Shown here: piece by piece, positions 1-12,296 of the stretch
Layout of the letters: each line of letters opens with the position of its first letter
Position numbering within the stretch: the first letter of the stretch is position 1
Notes under the pieces: model-generated
Seen by the model: only the letters and a program-made list of their open reading frames with translations
What the model was told of the DNA's origin: nothing
Database searches by the model: none
NCBI GenBank assembly: GCA_030167865.1
Contig: JALAGF010003457.1
Location: 1 to 40,030 of the forward strand
DNA length: 40,030 nt
Source: Craspedostauros australis
Taxonomy: Eukaryota
Direction: 5' to 3'
Position numbers and translations under genes: made by a program

Positions 1-20
1 AATCGCATCTGCAACCACAG

Positions 21-1291
21 GAAAGTCCACCACCACTGGTCACTTGATCTACAAGTGCGGAGGTATTGACAAGCGTACCATCGAGAAGTTCGAGAAGGAA
101 GCCGCCGAGCTCGGAAAGGGATCCTTCAAGTATGCCTGGGTCCTTGACAACCTCAAGGCCGAGCGCGAGCGTGGTATCACCATCGATATCGCCCTCTGGA
201 AGTTCGAGTCTCCAAAGTACTCCTTCACCGTCATCGACGCCCCAGGACACCGTGATTTCATCAAGAACATGATCACCGGTACCTCCCAGGCCGATGTCGC
301 CGTCCTCGTCATTGACTCCTCCCAGGGAGGATTCGAGGCCGGTATCTCCAAGGACGGACAGACCCGCGAGCACGCTCTCCTCGCCTACACTCTCGGAGTG
401 AAGCAGATGATCGTCGCCATGAACAAGATGGACGACAAGACCGTCAAGTACGCCGAGTCCCGTTACAAGGAGATCAAGTCCGAGGTCTTCACCTACCTCA
501 AGAAGGTCGGCTACAAGCCAATGAAGATCCCATTCGTCCCAATCTCCGGATGGGAGGGTGACAACATGATCGACAAGTCCACCAACATGCCTTGGTACAA
601 GGGCCCATACCTCCTTGAGGCCCTCGACAACGTCAACCCACCAAAGCGCCCAACCGACAAGGCCCTCCGTCTCCCACTCCAGGATGTCTACAAGATCGGT
701 GGTATCGGAACCGTTCCAGTCGGACGTGTTGAGACCGGTATCATCAAGCCAGGTATCCATGCCATGTTCGCCCCAGCCGGCATCGTGGCCGAAATCAAGT
801 CCGTCGAGATGCACCACGAGTCCCTTCCACAGGCCGTCCCAGGTGACAACGTCGGATTCAACGTGAAGAACGTCGCCGTCAAGGACCTCCGGCGTGGATT
901 CGTCGCCTCCGACTCCAAGTCCAGCCCAGCCGCTGGTGCCTCTAGCTTCGAGGCTCAGGTCATCGTCATGAACCACCCAGGACAGATCTCCAACGGATAC
1001 TCCCCAGTCTTGGATTGCCACACCGCCCACGTCGCCTGCAAGTTCAAGCACATCAAGGAGAAGATGGACCGTCGTTCCGGAAAGGTCCTTGAGGCCGATC
1101 CAAAGTTCGTCAAGACCGGAGATGCCTGCATCGTCGAGCTCGAGCCAACCAAGCCACTTTGCGTCGAGACCTTCACCGACTTCCCACCACTCGGCCGCTT
1201 CGCCGTCCGTGACATGCGTCAAACCGTTGCTGTCGGTGTGATCAAGAAGGTCACCAAGGGTGAGCTCACCGCAAAGAAGGGCAAGAAATAA
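21..1291 (+). CDS. EF1A: Translation elongation factor 1-alpha, 3' exon (5' exon lies upstream of the window)
   Basis: Acceptor ...accacAG at 19-20 is followed by (G)[44 protein letters not shown] and [18 protein letters not shown] motifs are present; stop TAA at 1289-1291. Strong C-ending codon bias. No opisthokont insertion after PWYKG. Confidence 0.98.
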
Positions 1292-1827
1292 ACATCTTCC
1301 CCCGAAGTGACAAGCAAAAGTATGCATACTATAAACATCGTTGTTGTTTCCTTTACTTCTGATTCTTGTAGAGCATTATGCCTGAGGTTGACAGTACGCT
1401 GTGTGCTGCATGTTTCATGCTCTGCGTCTCGAAAGTTGTTGCAGGTATGATGTGTTTGTGATGGTGTTCATGGCGGACGAGGTCAGCGATGATTTGGCTG
1501 CGACGATAGAAATGATGAGGCTTTGGTGATGTCTGGTTGTTGTTGTCGTTGCTGCCACATCAGTTGCCAAAACAACAAAAGACTGAAAGCCTGGATGGAT
1601 GAGCGCGATTGCTTTGGATAGCGTGGTGTGGTGTGGAGGCGGACACCGAATTTCTGCGTTGTCTACCAACAACACAAAACCGAACAACCAAGACCGCATA
1701 GCATAATTGATCGTACCATACAAAGAGAGCAACTGCAAACCCATACCTCCCTCATTTACCATTCATCATTTACCATTCATTCCTATTATACACCGCATCC
1801 AACGCAGACAAGTAACAGCAAGACAGC

Positions 1828-2187
1828 ATGAGCAACCCAAATGACGCACAGCAGCAACAGCAGGTGCCGGAGATGAGCGAGGCCGAGAAACAGAACAAGA
1901 TAAAGGAGTACTCGCGACAGGGCCGCCTCTCGTTCCGCAACTTCGCGGAGCACCAGCTGCGCAACGAATTCAAGGAGCTCGCCATGGAGAAGTGCAACCT
2001 CCAGATCAAGGCCTTCGCCGAGTGCGGCAAGGAGGAGGGGCTCATGGTCATCTTCCGCTGCCAGGAATTCTCCAAGGACGTCAAGGAATGCATGGCGGTG
2101 CACAATTCGCAGGCGGCCTGGGAGCGCTACAAGCAGCTCCACGACGCGGATCTGCAGCAGCGCGTGATGCGATCCAAGGAGTCTTGA
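1828..2187 (+). CDS. CMC1: Twin CX9C mitochondrial intermembrane-space cytochrome c oxidase assembly protein (Cmc1 family), 119 aa
   Basis: ATG-to-TGA ORF with coding-type codon usage. C-NLQIKAFAE-C and C-QEFSKDVKE-C pairs flank a GLMVIFRC segment typical of Cmc1/Cmc2. Confidence 0.85.
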   Translation: MSNPNDAQQQQQVPEMSEAEKQNKIKEYSRQGRLSFRNFAEHQLRNEFKELAMEKCNLQIKAFAECGKEEGLMVIFRCQEFSKDVKECMAVHNSQAAWERYKQLHDADLQQRVMRSKES

Positions 2188-3059
2188 GAGGAATCTCTTC
2201 TTGCGTGGCGCGCGTGGGACGTTTGGGGTGCATTGCATTCCGTCAGAGGGTGTTGGAATTGATGGTGGAGGTTGGATACACCACTCCTCTCAGAATATGT
2301 GCAAAGATACCAGCTATGCTATCAGCAAGCACCCTTACGGACAGCGTGCAATCCTTGCTGCAGCGCAAGTCAAGCACCATGCAAATGCGGAACAAGCAAA
2401 GTGACTACTCTGCTCCATGAAGACGCAGAACGAACGGCGCTCGACACGTAGCGACGTATTGTACATATCGTCCCTTCGAGTACCATGTACACACGCATCA
2501 CAGGTATTCAAATTATATCTGCTCCGTGCCATGATACAATAATATATCATATAATCGTAAACACTCTCTTTCGAATCTTGTCACGTCTTGGTCGATTGGA
2601 GGGAATGTACCATGCACTGAAGCGATGCAGAGTAGACTAGAATCGTGCTCTGCGTGTATTGGCGACAAACGTTGCATAGACATCGACTTGTCCCATAGTG
2701 CTGTGGAGTTGTCGTGCTAGCACGTGCATACAAGTAGTCGTCGGCGATTCGTGCAAGTTGAGTTGCCTGCTCATTCATCATTCATTTAATTCTCCTCATC
2801 CTGCTTCCTGCTCCCTCCTTCCCACGAATACAACAGGCATCCAAAACAACACCAGACATCTCTGTTCACCTACAAAACCCTTCGGTGGAGATGGAAGTTA
2901 GTGACTGCTCCACATGCCAACACTGCACACTGTCAGACCACATCAATACCATGCCATCCTACGACTATTCTGGAGAACTACATAGTAGTAGTAGAGTATT
3001 ATATAGTATTCTATTCCACTTTGATGTACCATGTTTGTAATACTCTACTTAATTCAGCT

Positions 3060-6000
3060 TTACTTCCCTTGCCCGTGCCTCACATGCTTCTCCAACACCT
3101 TCTTGTATTCAGTGTCGAACATGCGCATCATCTTCTCGGCGAGCTGTCCGACGTCGCTGTCATCCCCGTTGTACAGGATGGCGTTGTCAAACACGAGCTT
3201 CACATCCCTTTGAAAGGATGCCATGTCCGTGTACACGGCGTTCTCCAGCTTCTTCTGGACCAACGAGAGGTGCATCGGATTCTTCACGATCTCGAAGTAA
3301 TCCGGCAGACCGAAGACGACAGGATCGACGGCATCGCGGAACACCCAGCCGAAGGGGTCCTTGATCAGAGTCTTGATGATCGGCAAGCAATCGCGCGTGA
3401 TGGAGCGAGCTGTGACATGGAGATTCTCGCTCAGCTTCGCCAGAGTGTTGTCCCCGTCGGACTTGAACATGGATGGCAGCAGAGAGGAGTCTTCGCCGTC
3501 GCCATCACCCGTCTTGCTGGCCTTGCTTGCAGGTTCGTCCGTGTCGCCGGACATGGCGTCCGCGCCACGCTTGCGTTCGCGTTGGAATGCATCCAAGGGG
3601 AGCGACGCTCCTTGCGGAAGGTCGTCCGACATCTCGCGAAGTCGCTTTCCCTTGGCGCCTCGGCCTCGGCCAGTCATGGATCCCCGACGTTGACTTGGAC
3701 CGTCGTTCTTCTTCGACATGTCCGGCGAAGGGCCTGTGTTGATGGTCTTTGGTATTGCCGGGTTTGGTTGGGAATTGTTGCCGGACCTGGAAACGTTCAA
3801 AGACTTGTCGTTGTTGAGATCATCCTTGCCCGACTGTCCTTGCTGGCCATCGCCGCTTCCGTCATTGGACTTGTCCTTACCTCTTGCTGCCATGTCGTCT
3901 GGCCCGAGACCAAGGAGAGGATCATCCTGATTGTCCGGATCCAGAGGATCGATGCCCTCCGACATGTCCAGACCTTGGTTCTGCTTTTGCTGCTGATTCG
4001 TTTGGGAGTCATCCTGCTTCAGGTTCTGTCCTTGGTTCTGCTGCTGGTTGAGGTTGACCAAGTCGTTGCTGCCGCCATTCTGCTGCGAGAGGTTGCTATG
4101 GTGCGATCCTTGGCTGCGCTGACTGGCGTCGTTGATCGGCTGGTTTGGCGTGCCCTGGTTCTGATTCTGCTGCATGTTGTTCTGCCCATTTTGGTTATTG
4201 TTGTTGTTGCCATTCTGGTTGAGCCTCGCCATGCCATTGCCCTGCAATGCCTGCATCTGGGTAACCAGCTCTTGCTGCACAAGCGCCTGCTGTTCTCTGC
4301 ACCGTTGCTGAAGCTGTTGCAAAAGGACATGCTGTTGCTGCAACTGCTGCCCTTGCACAGCCTCGTGATCGCGCAGGCTGTGACGCTGCTCTTGCACGTG
4401 GCGTTGCTTCTCCAAGAGCTTCGCCTGCTGCTGTTGCAGTTGTCTTAACACCTGCTGTTGCTGGATGAGCTTGTGCTGGGCCTGTTGCAGCTGCTCGTAC
4501 TGCGCTCTGTCCATGGGTTCGCCATTGTTGCCGTTCATCTGCTGAAGCATGTTGGCGTTGGCGCCCATCATGTTCATGCCGTTGTTGTTTCCGTTGCCAT
4601 TTCCATTGTTGTTCATGCCATTCATCCCGTTGTTGTTATTGTTGCTGCCGTTGTTGTTGCCCCCTTGGTTGTTGAGCATGCTGTTCATGTCTCCGTTGCC
4701 GTTGCCACCACCGAGACGTTGTTGTTGACGCATGAGTTGGTCTTGCAATGCGTTGAGCTGCTGCTGGGGTTGTTGCTGTGACATCTGGTTGCCTTGCTGT
4801 TGCTGCTGGAACATTTGCTGCATCTGCTGGATGGCTGGGAGGTTGTTTCCGTCTCCGTTCATGGAGTTGCCTCCGTTGGCGTTGTTGTTCTTATTGCCGA
4901 CGTTCATGTTGCCACCCATCATGCCGAGGTTGCCCATGGGGTTGTTGCCGCCAATGGACCCGCCAGCGACGCTGTTGTTGGAGGAGCTGACACCCAGCTG
5001 GTCAGGGAGGGAGGGATCGGGTCTGACACCAAGGGGGTCGTCCATGTTGGAACCACCAGTTCCGTCGGTACGCTTGATTTGCTCCATAACAGGTCCGCAC
5101 ACTTCGCAAGTCGCCGTCTTTCCTTTCGATTTGCAGATACGGTAATGGTTGAGCACGCAGCGGCTGGACAAACAGTGGGACGTGGTGCAGTTCTTGTCCC
5201 GGCATCTCTTCATGTGTCTCCACAGGGTGGTCATCTGCGGACAGTACTTGTTCTTGCAGTTGGGCCCGTCACGACATTTGGATGCATGACGCAGCAAGAG
5301 AAGTCGTTGCTGCTGCTGCCGAATGACCCGCCTGCGTTGTTGCGCGTCCGCGCCCATGGTCTGTCCGCCTTGCATGTCGCCACGGCCGTTGTTGGCATTC
5401 ATGCCGCCCAAACCTCCCATGCCGTTGTTTCCACCTGAACCGACGGCGAAAGGGTCGTTGTTCATGCCATTGGCACCGATGAGGCCTGGGACGCTGCTCT
5501 GGCTCATGCTCGATCGCTGCGACATGTCGTTGAGCTGCTGCTGTTTATTCTGCTGTCCCTGGTTGCCGGTTCCGCCCATGAGTAGCTGCTGCAGATCGTT
5601 GGTGGTCTGCTGTTGCGGGTTGTTGCCAGCGCCACCGTTTGGTTGGAGGGAGCCAGAGGATGTGGAACGGTGTAGCTCGAGGCCGTGGGCGATGAGCTGC
5701 AGTCGCTTCTTCAACGTCGAAGGGTTTAGGTATTCCTCCTTCGTCTGAGCGGAGCGGTACAGATGCTCCTCCAGGCTCTTTGCCATGTGCGGAAGTCTAT
5801 TGTGTTTCGTGATTTTGTTGTGATGGGGTCGTTGTGAGCAATGGTAGTGAGTAGTCGTAGTGATGGAGAGGGTGGAAGAGAGAGAGAGAGAGAATAAGGG
5901 GAGGATTGTTGAGTGGACGCAAACGGAAGGAGCCGTGATGATTGCTTCACGCCCAATGTATTTCATCGCACCACGGGTGCATCAGCACATTCATCAGAGT

Positions 6001-7907
6001 TGATTCATCAGTGCATCAGCCAAGCACACATCCATTCGCATTCACGTCCACATGCTTGCAATAATATGTATAACAAATGAAAGTACGCACTTTTGGGAGA
6101 TCTGCTGTGTGTCAGGTCGCATCTGACGAATGACCTCGAGTATTTGGAAGATGATGCGTCTTCGATCCGGGAGATCAGCGTTGGACTGCCATCCTCCAGC
6201 AAAGGATCCATCGAGGAAAGCCTGCTGTCTGGCCGCAGCGGCGGCTGCAGCAGCAGCTGCTGCCGATGCGTCGTTGTTGGTGCCTCCGGTGCTCGCGTTG
6301 CCGCTGGTGGGGTCCTGCGGTCTCTGGCTGCGCGAGCTCATGGAGCCGTCCATGGCGTCGTTGCTTCCAACGTTGGCGTTATTGCCAGCACCCGAAGTGC
6401 TGTTGTTGCTGGAGTTGCGATTGAAGTTGTTAAAGTCGGCTCGGTTCTGCGCGGATCTGCCGCCCGTGCCACTGCCGCTGTTGTTCATGCTGTTGTTTCC
6501 GCTGTTGTTGCCGGTTGCGTTGTTGTTGAACATGTCCTGGTTGGCGTTGGCGCCTGCGGGGTTGTTGTCAGCATTGCTGCCCGTGCCGGAGGTGCTGCTG
6601 TTGGCGTTGGCCCCACCGCCGTTGGCGCCGTTTCCGGCTCCGGGGTTGTTGTTGCTGATGTTGCTGGCCAGTCCCGAGCTGCGGAGGAAGTCGTTGAGGT
6701 CGTTGCCAGTGGATGAGGTGCGGTGCTGGTTGCCCTGGTTTTGCTGCTGCTGTTGCTGGAGTAGGTTTGCGGTTTGGTGCGCCGCCGAGTTGGATCCGAT
6801 GCTGGAGCGCATGTTTCCCTGCTGTTGTTGTTGCTGCTGTTGCATCTGCAGCATCTGCGAGAACTGATCGTTGCCCGAAGCTCCGCCAGCGGCAGCGCCC
6901 GCTCCTGCGCTGGCACCGGCGCCTGCGTTTCCGCCCATGAGGTTGCTGAGCTGCATCATGGTGTTTGAGTTACGATGCTGGCCGGATTGCTGCTGGTTTT
7001 GCTGGTTCTGCATGAACATGGCCTGGTTGTTTCCACCGGGTGTCATGCCTGCGCCGAAGGAGGAGGCTGAGGATCTGCGGTCCATGGAATTCTGATTGAG
7101 CGAGGGTGTCTGCTGCATGCCGCCCTGCTGTTGCTGCTGCTGCAATTGGCGCTGCAGCTGCGCGATTTGCTGCTGGAGGAGGAGGTTCTGCGTGCTGGGA
7201 TCCTGGTTGTTGCCGGAGCTGTTGGGGCCGCCGTTGGCACCGGCGCTGTTGCCCAGCATGTTCTGCAAGGATCCTTGGTTCATGCCGCCTGCGTTCGCGC
7301 TTCCGGCGGACGCGGCACCGCCCATCATGTGACCCTGAAGGCCGTGCTGTTGTTGCTGCTGCTGCTGGTTGCCCTGCATGAAGTTGTTGGTGGAGGATCG
7401 TTGTCCAAGAAGCGGGTGCATGGAATTCTGGTTGGGGTTGTTCATTCCCATGCCAGCAAGCGCGGCCAGCTGCGCTCCGGAGGCAGACGACGCGTCCATG
7501 GTGCTACCCCCGGCCGGGTTGCCACCTCCGGCCTGCTGCTGCTGCATGGCGTTCCAGTAGGAGCTCATGTTGGCGTTGGCCATCTGCGAGCCACCAGCGG
7601 AAGAGTTCTGCTGCTGCTGTTGCTGCTGCTGCATCATGGCAAGCGCAGCTGCGGAGTTGTTGATTCCGCCTAGACCGCCCAGGCCTGCCGAAGCCCGCCG
7701 CTGTTGGAGCATGCCTCCCATGGCGTTCTGAGCGTTGGGCCCTCCCTGTGCCTGCTGCTGGTTCTGCTGCATGAATGCCTGCTGCAGGTTGTTCATGCCA
7801 CCTGCGGCTCCAGGACCATTGCCTCTGCTGAATTGCGCCTGTGCGAGCTGCCTCTGCAGCTGCGCGAACTGCGATGGGTTAATGGAGTTGCCACCGCCGG
7901 ACTGCAT
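3060..7907 (-). CDS. CBP/p300-like transcription co-regulator: Q/N/G-rich regions, KIX/Med15-like domain, TAZ zinc finger, C-terminal bromodomain; no HAT domain; about 1517 aa
   Basis: Exons 7907-6091 and 5796-3060; phase-2 intron 6090-5797 (GTGCGT...TAG, 294 bp). Splicing joins GGWQSNADLPDRRRIIFQILEVIRQ..ISQK to LPHMAKSLEEHLYRSAQTKEEY (KIX_2/Med15-like). TAZ: QQRLLLLRHASKC..C..C..LWRHMKRC..C..HC..SRCVLNHY. Bromodomain: FGWVFRDAVDP..LPDYFEIVKNPMHL..NAILYN. Confidence 0.88.
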
Positions 7908-10900
7908 GATGGCTGGCTGCGGGTGTGACTGTTCCTGTGGACGTGGATATGCGTTTGTGTGAGTCCTTTTGGCGTTTCTTAGGCTCTTGGACTGTGCCTG
8001 CACTTGTGGCTGTTCCTGTGGATCTGCCTGCGTTCGCTGCGATTGGGTGCGAAGCAGAGACCGGGATGGATGATCAACGCTGCAATTGCTTACCAATTGC
8101 TTACCAATAGGTGCTGCTGCTACTCTCTAGAGGATTGATGGAGCGTCGGTAGAGTCCGATAAAGTCCGGTGGAGTGGCTATGAGTGAAGGGGGGATGAAA
8201 AGGATTGGATGGGAATGCGCAGAGCGTTGAGGTGTGCGGTCAAGTGCGGTGCTGTGACTGTGTTTGGACGCCTTCGCCAGGCAGAGAGAAAGAGAGAGAT
8301 CGTAGCCGAGCGAGCGCGCGTTTGTGTCCGAATGAGGTGAAGCAGCAATGTGGATGAGCTGGTTGTTTGCTTGCCTGACTCCGTGTTGATCCAACGACTG
8401 TCCTCTCCGGGTGTGCGCCAGGCGAAGGATGAAGAAGGATGCTGTTGTGGTGCCAAAAGTGCTTTCGCAACCGTGGTGCCTTGTTCGTTTATGAATGCGT
8501 GTGGTTGTATGTGTGTATGCGTATGAATTTATGTTTGGGGGCACTTCTTGCTCAGTTGCGTAAACGGGACTCTGCGTGCAACTCTCCTTGTCCCCGTTTT
8601 GTGCCTCTGAATCGAATGTGCGCTTCGTCGTGTGGAAGGGTACCCACGGCGCCACAATCACGTGGAGTTGGGTATTGGGTATTGGTGGCGTAGCGGACCG
8701 CTGAGTTGAAGCGGAAGAGAGAGAAAGAGAGAAGACTGCTCGTATAGCAATCGTATCCAGACTGGTGGTCCCAACTTGTTCACCGATACTACTACCACGA
8801 CAAAACGCAACACAAAGAGAGCGCGAACTGGAAATCGAAACAATGGAGATGTCCTTGGGCTCGGTTTTTGCTCGTTTTTGCCTGCCTGTCTGATTGTCTG
8901 GTTGTCTGATTGCCTGATTGCCTGCCTCACTGGTCTGTTCGCCTTCTTCGTTCGATGCGGCCGAGTTGTTGCTGGTGTGTGTTTGCGCTGGTGTGCTGAG
9001 CGTTGGAGTTCGATGACCCTCCTTCGCAAGGCCAAGAGAAAGAGAGGGAGAGTACAGCGCTTGATACTTGCTGACCGATGCCTCGAGGCGAATGATGCTG
9101 TCGGTGATGCAAGATGAACCAACGCGTGAGGGTGTGATAGCTCGTACGGTGCGAAGTGGTCGGACCACCTCCGCGGAAAGTAATCGCGAGATGTTGTTGC
9201 TGCTGGTTTCGTCCCCTTGTCCCTCTCTTGTTGTTCGTCTCTTCGTTGGGATTTTGGCGCTGCTTCTCGTCTCTCTCGCGAGTTGTCGCACTGTTGTCGC
9301 TGCTCTGCTGCGCACCGGTAACACGAATACTGGCCCTACCACAATTGCCACCGCACGATACCTGTTTGTCTCGGTGTACTTGGGGGCAGCTCGCAAGCGT
9401 GAGTGTCGTGTTACGTCCAGCCACGCTCCGCCTTCAAGTTCCGCGCATAGACAGCAAAGGCAGCGCAGCACTCTGGTAGACTGTGTACTGGTATGTGCTG
9501 CGCGCGTAGCCGCTGCGGCTAACTTTCCGACGTGGCACCCGCGCTGTTGTGCCCTCCCCCCTTTTTGGCTCTTTGTCTTGACGTGATGCCACGAAGAGGG
9601 CTGTCCCTGCTCTCGCCTTCGTTCCGCATCAAACACGCCTGCGTATCGCGCTGTGTTGCCGCTAAGCGAGGAACAAGCGAGGATCAACGCGCCTAACGCC
9701 TGTCCGGTTCGTCTTGTCGCTGTCTCTTGTGACACAAAGGAAGACAAAAGATGGGGCAAAGGACTTCATCCCCCGATTCCCTCTCAACCCAAGGCGACAT
9801 CAACTGGACAATTCGCACACAAAAGCACCGCAATCGAAAATCATGGATCCAACGCTTGTCCGTCCCCCCCTTTTCCTCCAGTCATGTTCTCTGCCGGCAT
9901 GAGGCCCAATGGACTTCCTTCCGTGTCTTTCGAACCTCTTCGTTGTCGCAACTCATACGTGGATACAATCGAATGTGATGTGAACTGCGATGAAGAAGAC
10001 ACTGCGATTCTACGAACGACACAAAAAGACCGCGTCGGAAGTTGCCGTACTGACGTATTCCCAGCAGCAATGTAGCACATCATTTAATTGATTATGTATC
10101 ATGGAAGACTCAGACGCTAGGGATAACAGGGTGGACAGCGCGCAGCTTTCTGTGCTTCGGATTTTCGCAGAAACAATCAATTCGGGGGCATTCGGTTCTA
10201 CTCGAGACTCACAAGTCAGATCCAGTCATGAACAGTCTTCCAAAACGTCCAACGATCACCCCAGCAACTTCGCCTGGCGACGCATCGCAAATCGAAATTA
10301 TGGCGCGCCATCACCATGTGCTTGCCTCGGTGGTGGTCTGCAGCGTCCCTGTGTGCCTCCATGGACACGGTGCCTGATGTTCTTGTTTTTGTCGCCGTCG
10401 ATGTGGTTGGAAGGGATGCAGAGCGTCGGTGCACCTGCTAAACTCGTCATATGTATCACTATGTAAAATATAGAATAATATATAATGTGTCATGCCATGG
10501 TCTTGGCAGTGCCCGACGGCTGCAGTTTCCGGTGTAACACACTCGAAGGCATGCTGTCATGCACTGTCATTTGATTTGATCGTCTTCGTGCCAACCGCCG
10601 CCGCTGCCGTTCGATGTGGCGCTGCCCACCCAATAGCATCATCTGGATTCAATCCAAATCTGCGTCTTGATGGCATCGCAGCTCGCGTAAATGCCCCCTC
10701 TCCTGATAGCGTGCAGTTGTTCCAAGCCTGGGTTGCCTTTTTCGCTCGTGGGCGCAATGCTACATTTTGCCGATCTGTTCTCTGCGGTACTGTGTTGCTA
10801 CATTGGTCCAAGTATCCATCCATCCGCTCATCAATGCAAGTTCATCATGAAAGTAGAGTGAGCCCCAGTGTGAACAGAGCATGGAGTGATACACTCGTAC

Positions 10901-11078
10901 GGCGGCAGTGATATCATACTCACACTCACACGCAGGGTCCACCCTCCGTACTCTCCCCTGATTAGCAGTGATGTACTCCCGTGCAGTTCCGTGTACCTCC
11001 ATGCACGCGCGCCTGTACCCCGCGTCACATACTCCATCGCAATCCCCCCAACACCGCCAATGCCCACTGTTACCCTCT

Positions 11079-12296
11079 TTATTTGCTGGCCTTGCATTTC
11101 TCGAAGGTGAATCCGCATGCCGCGGTCAGGATGGAGTACAGCGAGAAGACGCAGAACAAGCCGATGAGGATTGAGAGCTTGTACGACTTCCACATCGTCT
11201 GCCTCTTCACCTTTTTGGCGCGCTTCTTGAAGACCAGCGAATCTCGCTTCATCTGCTCCGACTTGTCCACCAGCCGATCGAACTTCACTTCGCGTTCGAG
11301 CAGCAGGTTGAGGTTGCGTCCCATGATGTCCCCCAGGTCTTCCACCTGCGCCTTGAGCTTTTCGATTTGCTGATTCCGTGACAGCTCGTTGTGGTTGGTG
11401 TTGTAGTAGTGCATGACGGAACGCACGGTGGGCGCAAAGTCCTTGTCCATCGCATACGCGTGCGCCTTCTTCACCTTGCGGGTGCTGTACTTGGCCTTGA
11501 AGTCCTTCGATATGGCCTGCAGGAATGCAAAGTTGCTGTTGTGCCAGCGCCAATGGAAGAAGAAGGAGGAGGGAGCAGAAGATGAAACAGCAAGTCAACA
11601 CCGAAGCGAAATAGTGCCATGATATGCAAGCGCATACCACATGGAGGCCATTCGGTGAGCCATCGAACGGTAGAGGAAGACGGAAGATGAGTGGACGAGC
11701 CAATCACCACAAGAGGGAGCGATCGCAGAGTGGTGAAAGCGGAAGGTCGTGCACATGGTGAGTCATTTTGTTCGCAACGATGCTACGATTGGTTGAAGGT
11801 GTCCAAGGTGTCTGAGCAAGTATATCAGTACATCTGAGCATATCTGTAAGCATATCAGTATAATAGTATTCTCTCTTGAGTCCCAACACACACACAGCAC
11901 GCGCTGCCCCTCATTCGATATGTGACATTCACGCGAAACTCACACTTTCTGCTTGCGCAGCTCGTCGTCATCGCTGAGACAGCAATAGAAGACGCCGTCA
12001 TCGTGCAGAAGATGGAAGTAGTGCTCCTCCACATCGCCCAGGTCCATGGTGGCGGACGTCCGCACGGCCACCGTGCAGGCATTCATGAACATGTTGAAGA
12101 TGTCATCCTCGCCTTCGGCACCATTGCGCTGCACGAAGGTCTTGAGATCGCCTTCCGGCGCCTGCTGGGGATGATCTCGCAGATGCTCCATCAGCGCGGT
12201 CGTCACCTGAGGGGCGTTGCCTCGCAGCGCTTCCGTGGCCATCTCCACCAGCACGGCGGCGTCCTGGGATCTGCAGATCACGAAGTAAACGATCAT
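11079..12296 (-). CDS. VAMP7: Longin-domain R-SNARE (VAMP7/VAMP71-like), 269 aa
   Basis: Exons 12296-11944 and 11535-11079; phase-2 intron 11943-11536 (GTGAGT...CAG, 408 bp) gives ..ELRKQKVNFAFLQAISKDF..AHAYAMDKDF. Synaptobrevin coil VEDLGDIMGRNLNLLLERE..LVDKS, C-terminal transmembrane helix, CGFTFEKC tail. Confidence 0.9.

Noticed and set aside
1512..1586. C/D-box snoRNA-like ATGATGA...CTGA pair downstream of EF1A
   Set aside because: No terminal stem flanks the boxes, and the would-be guide (aaaacaacaaaaga) is low complexity with no recognisable rRNA complement.
2901..4448. 515-aa plus-strand ORF, and similar long ORFs at 17846-18895, 21052-22386, 22485-23420, 28160-29278 and 31124-31975
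   Set aside because: They are antisense or off-frame shadows of well-supported genes and show no domain signatures.
8101..9759. 552-aa minus-strand ORF as an independent protein-coding gene
   Set aside because: It has no ATG start, no internal Met, no domain, and reads through simple repeats; the T-poor strand depletes stops. It is treated as leader sequence instead.
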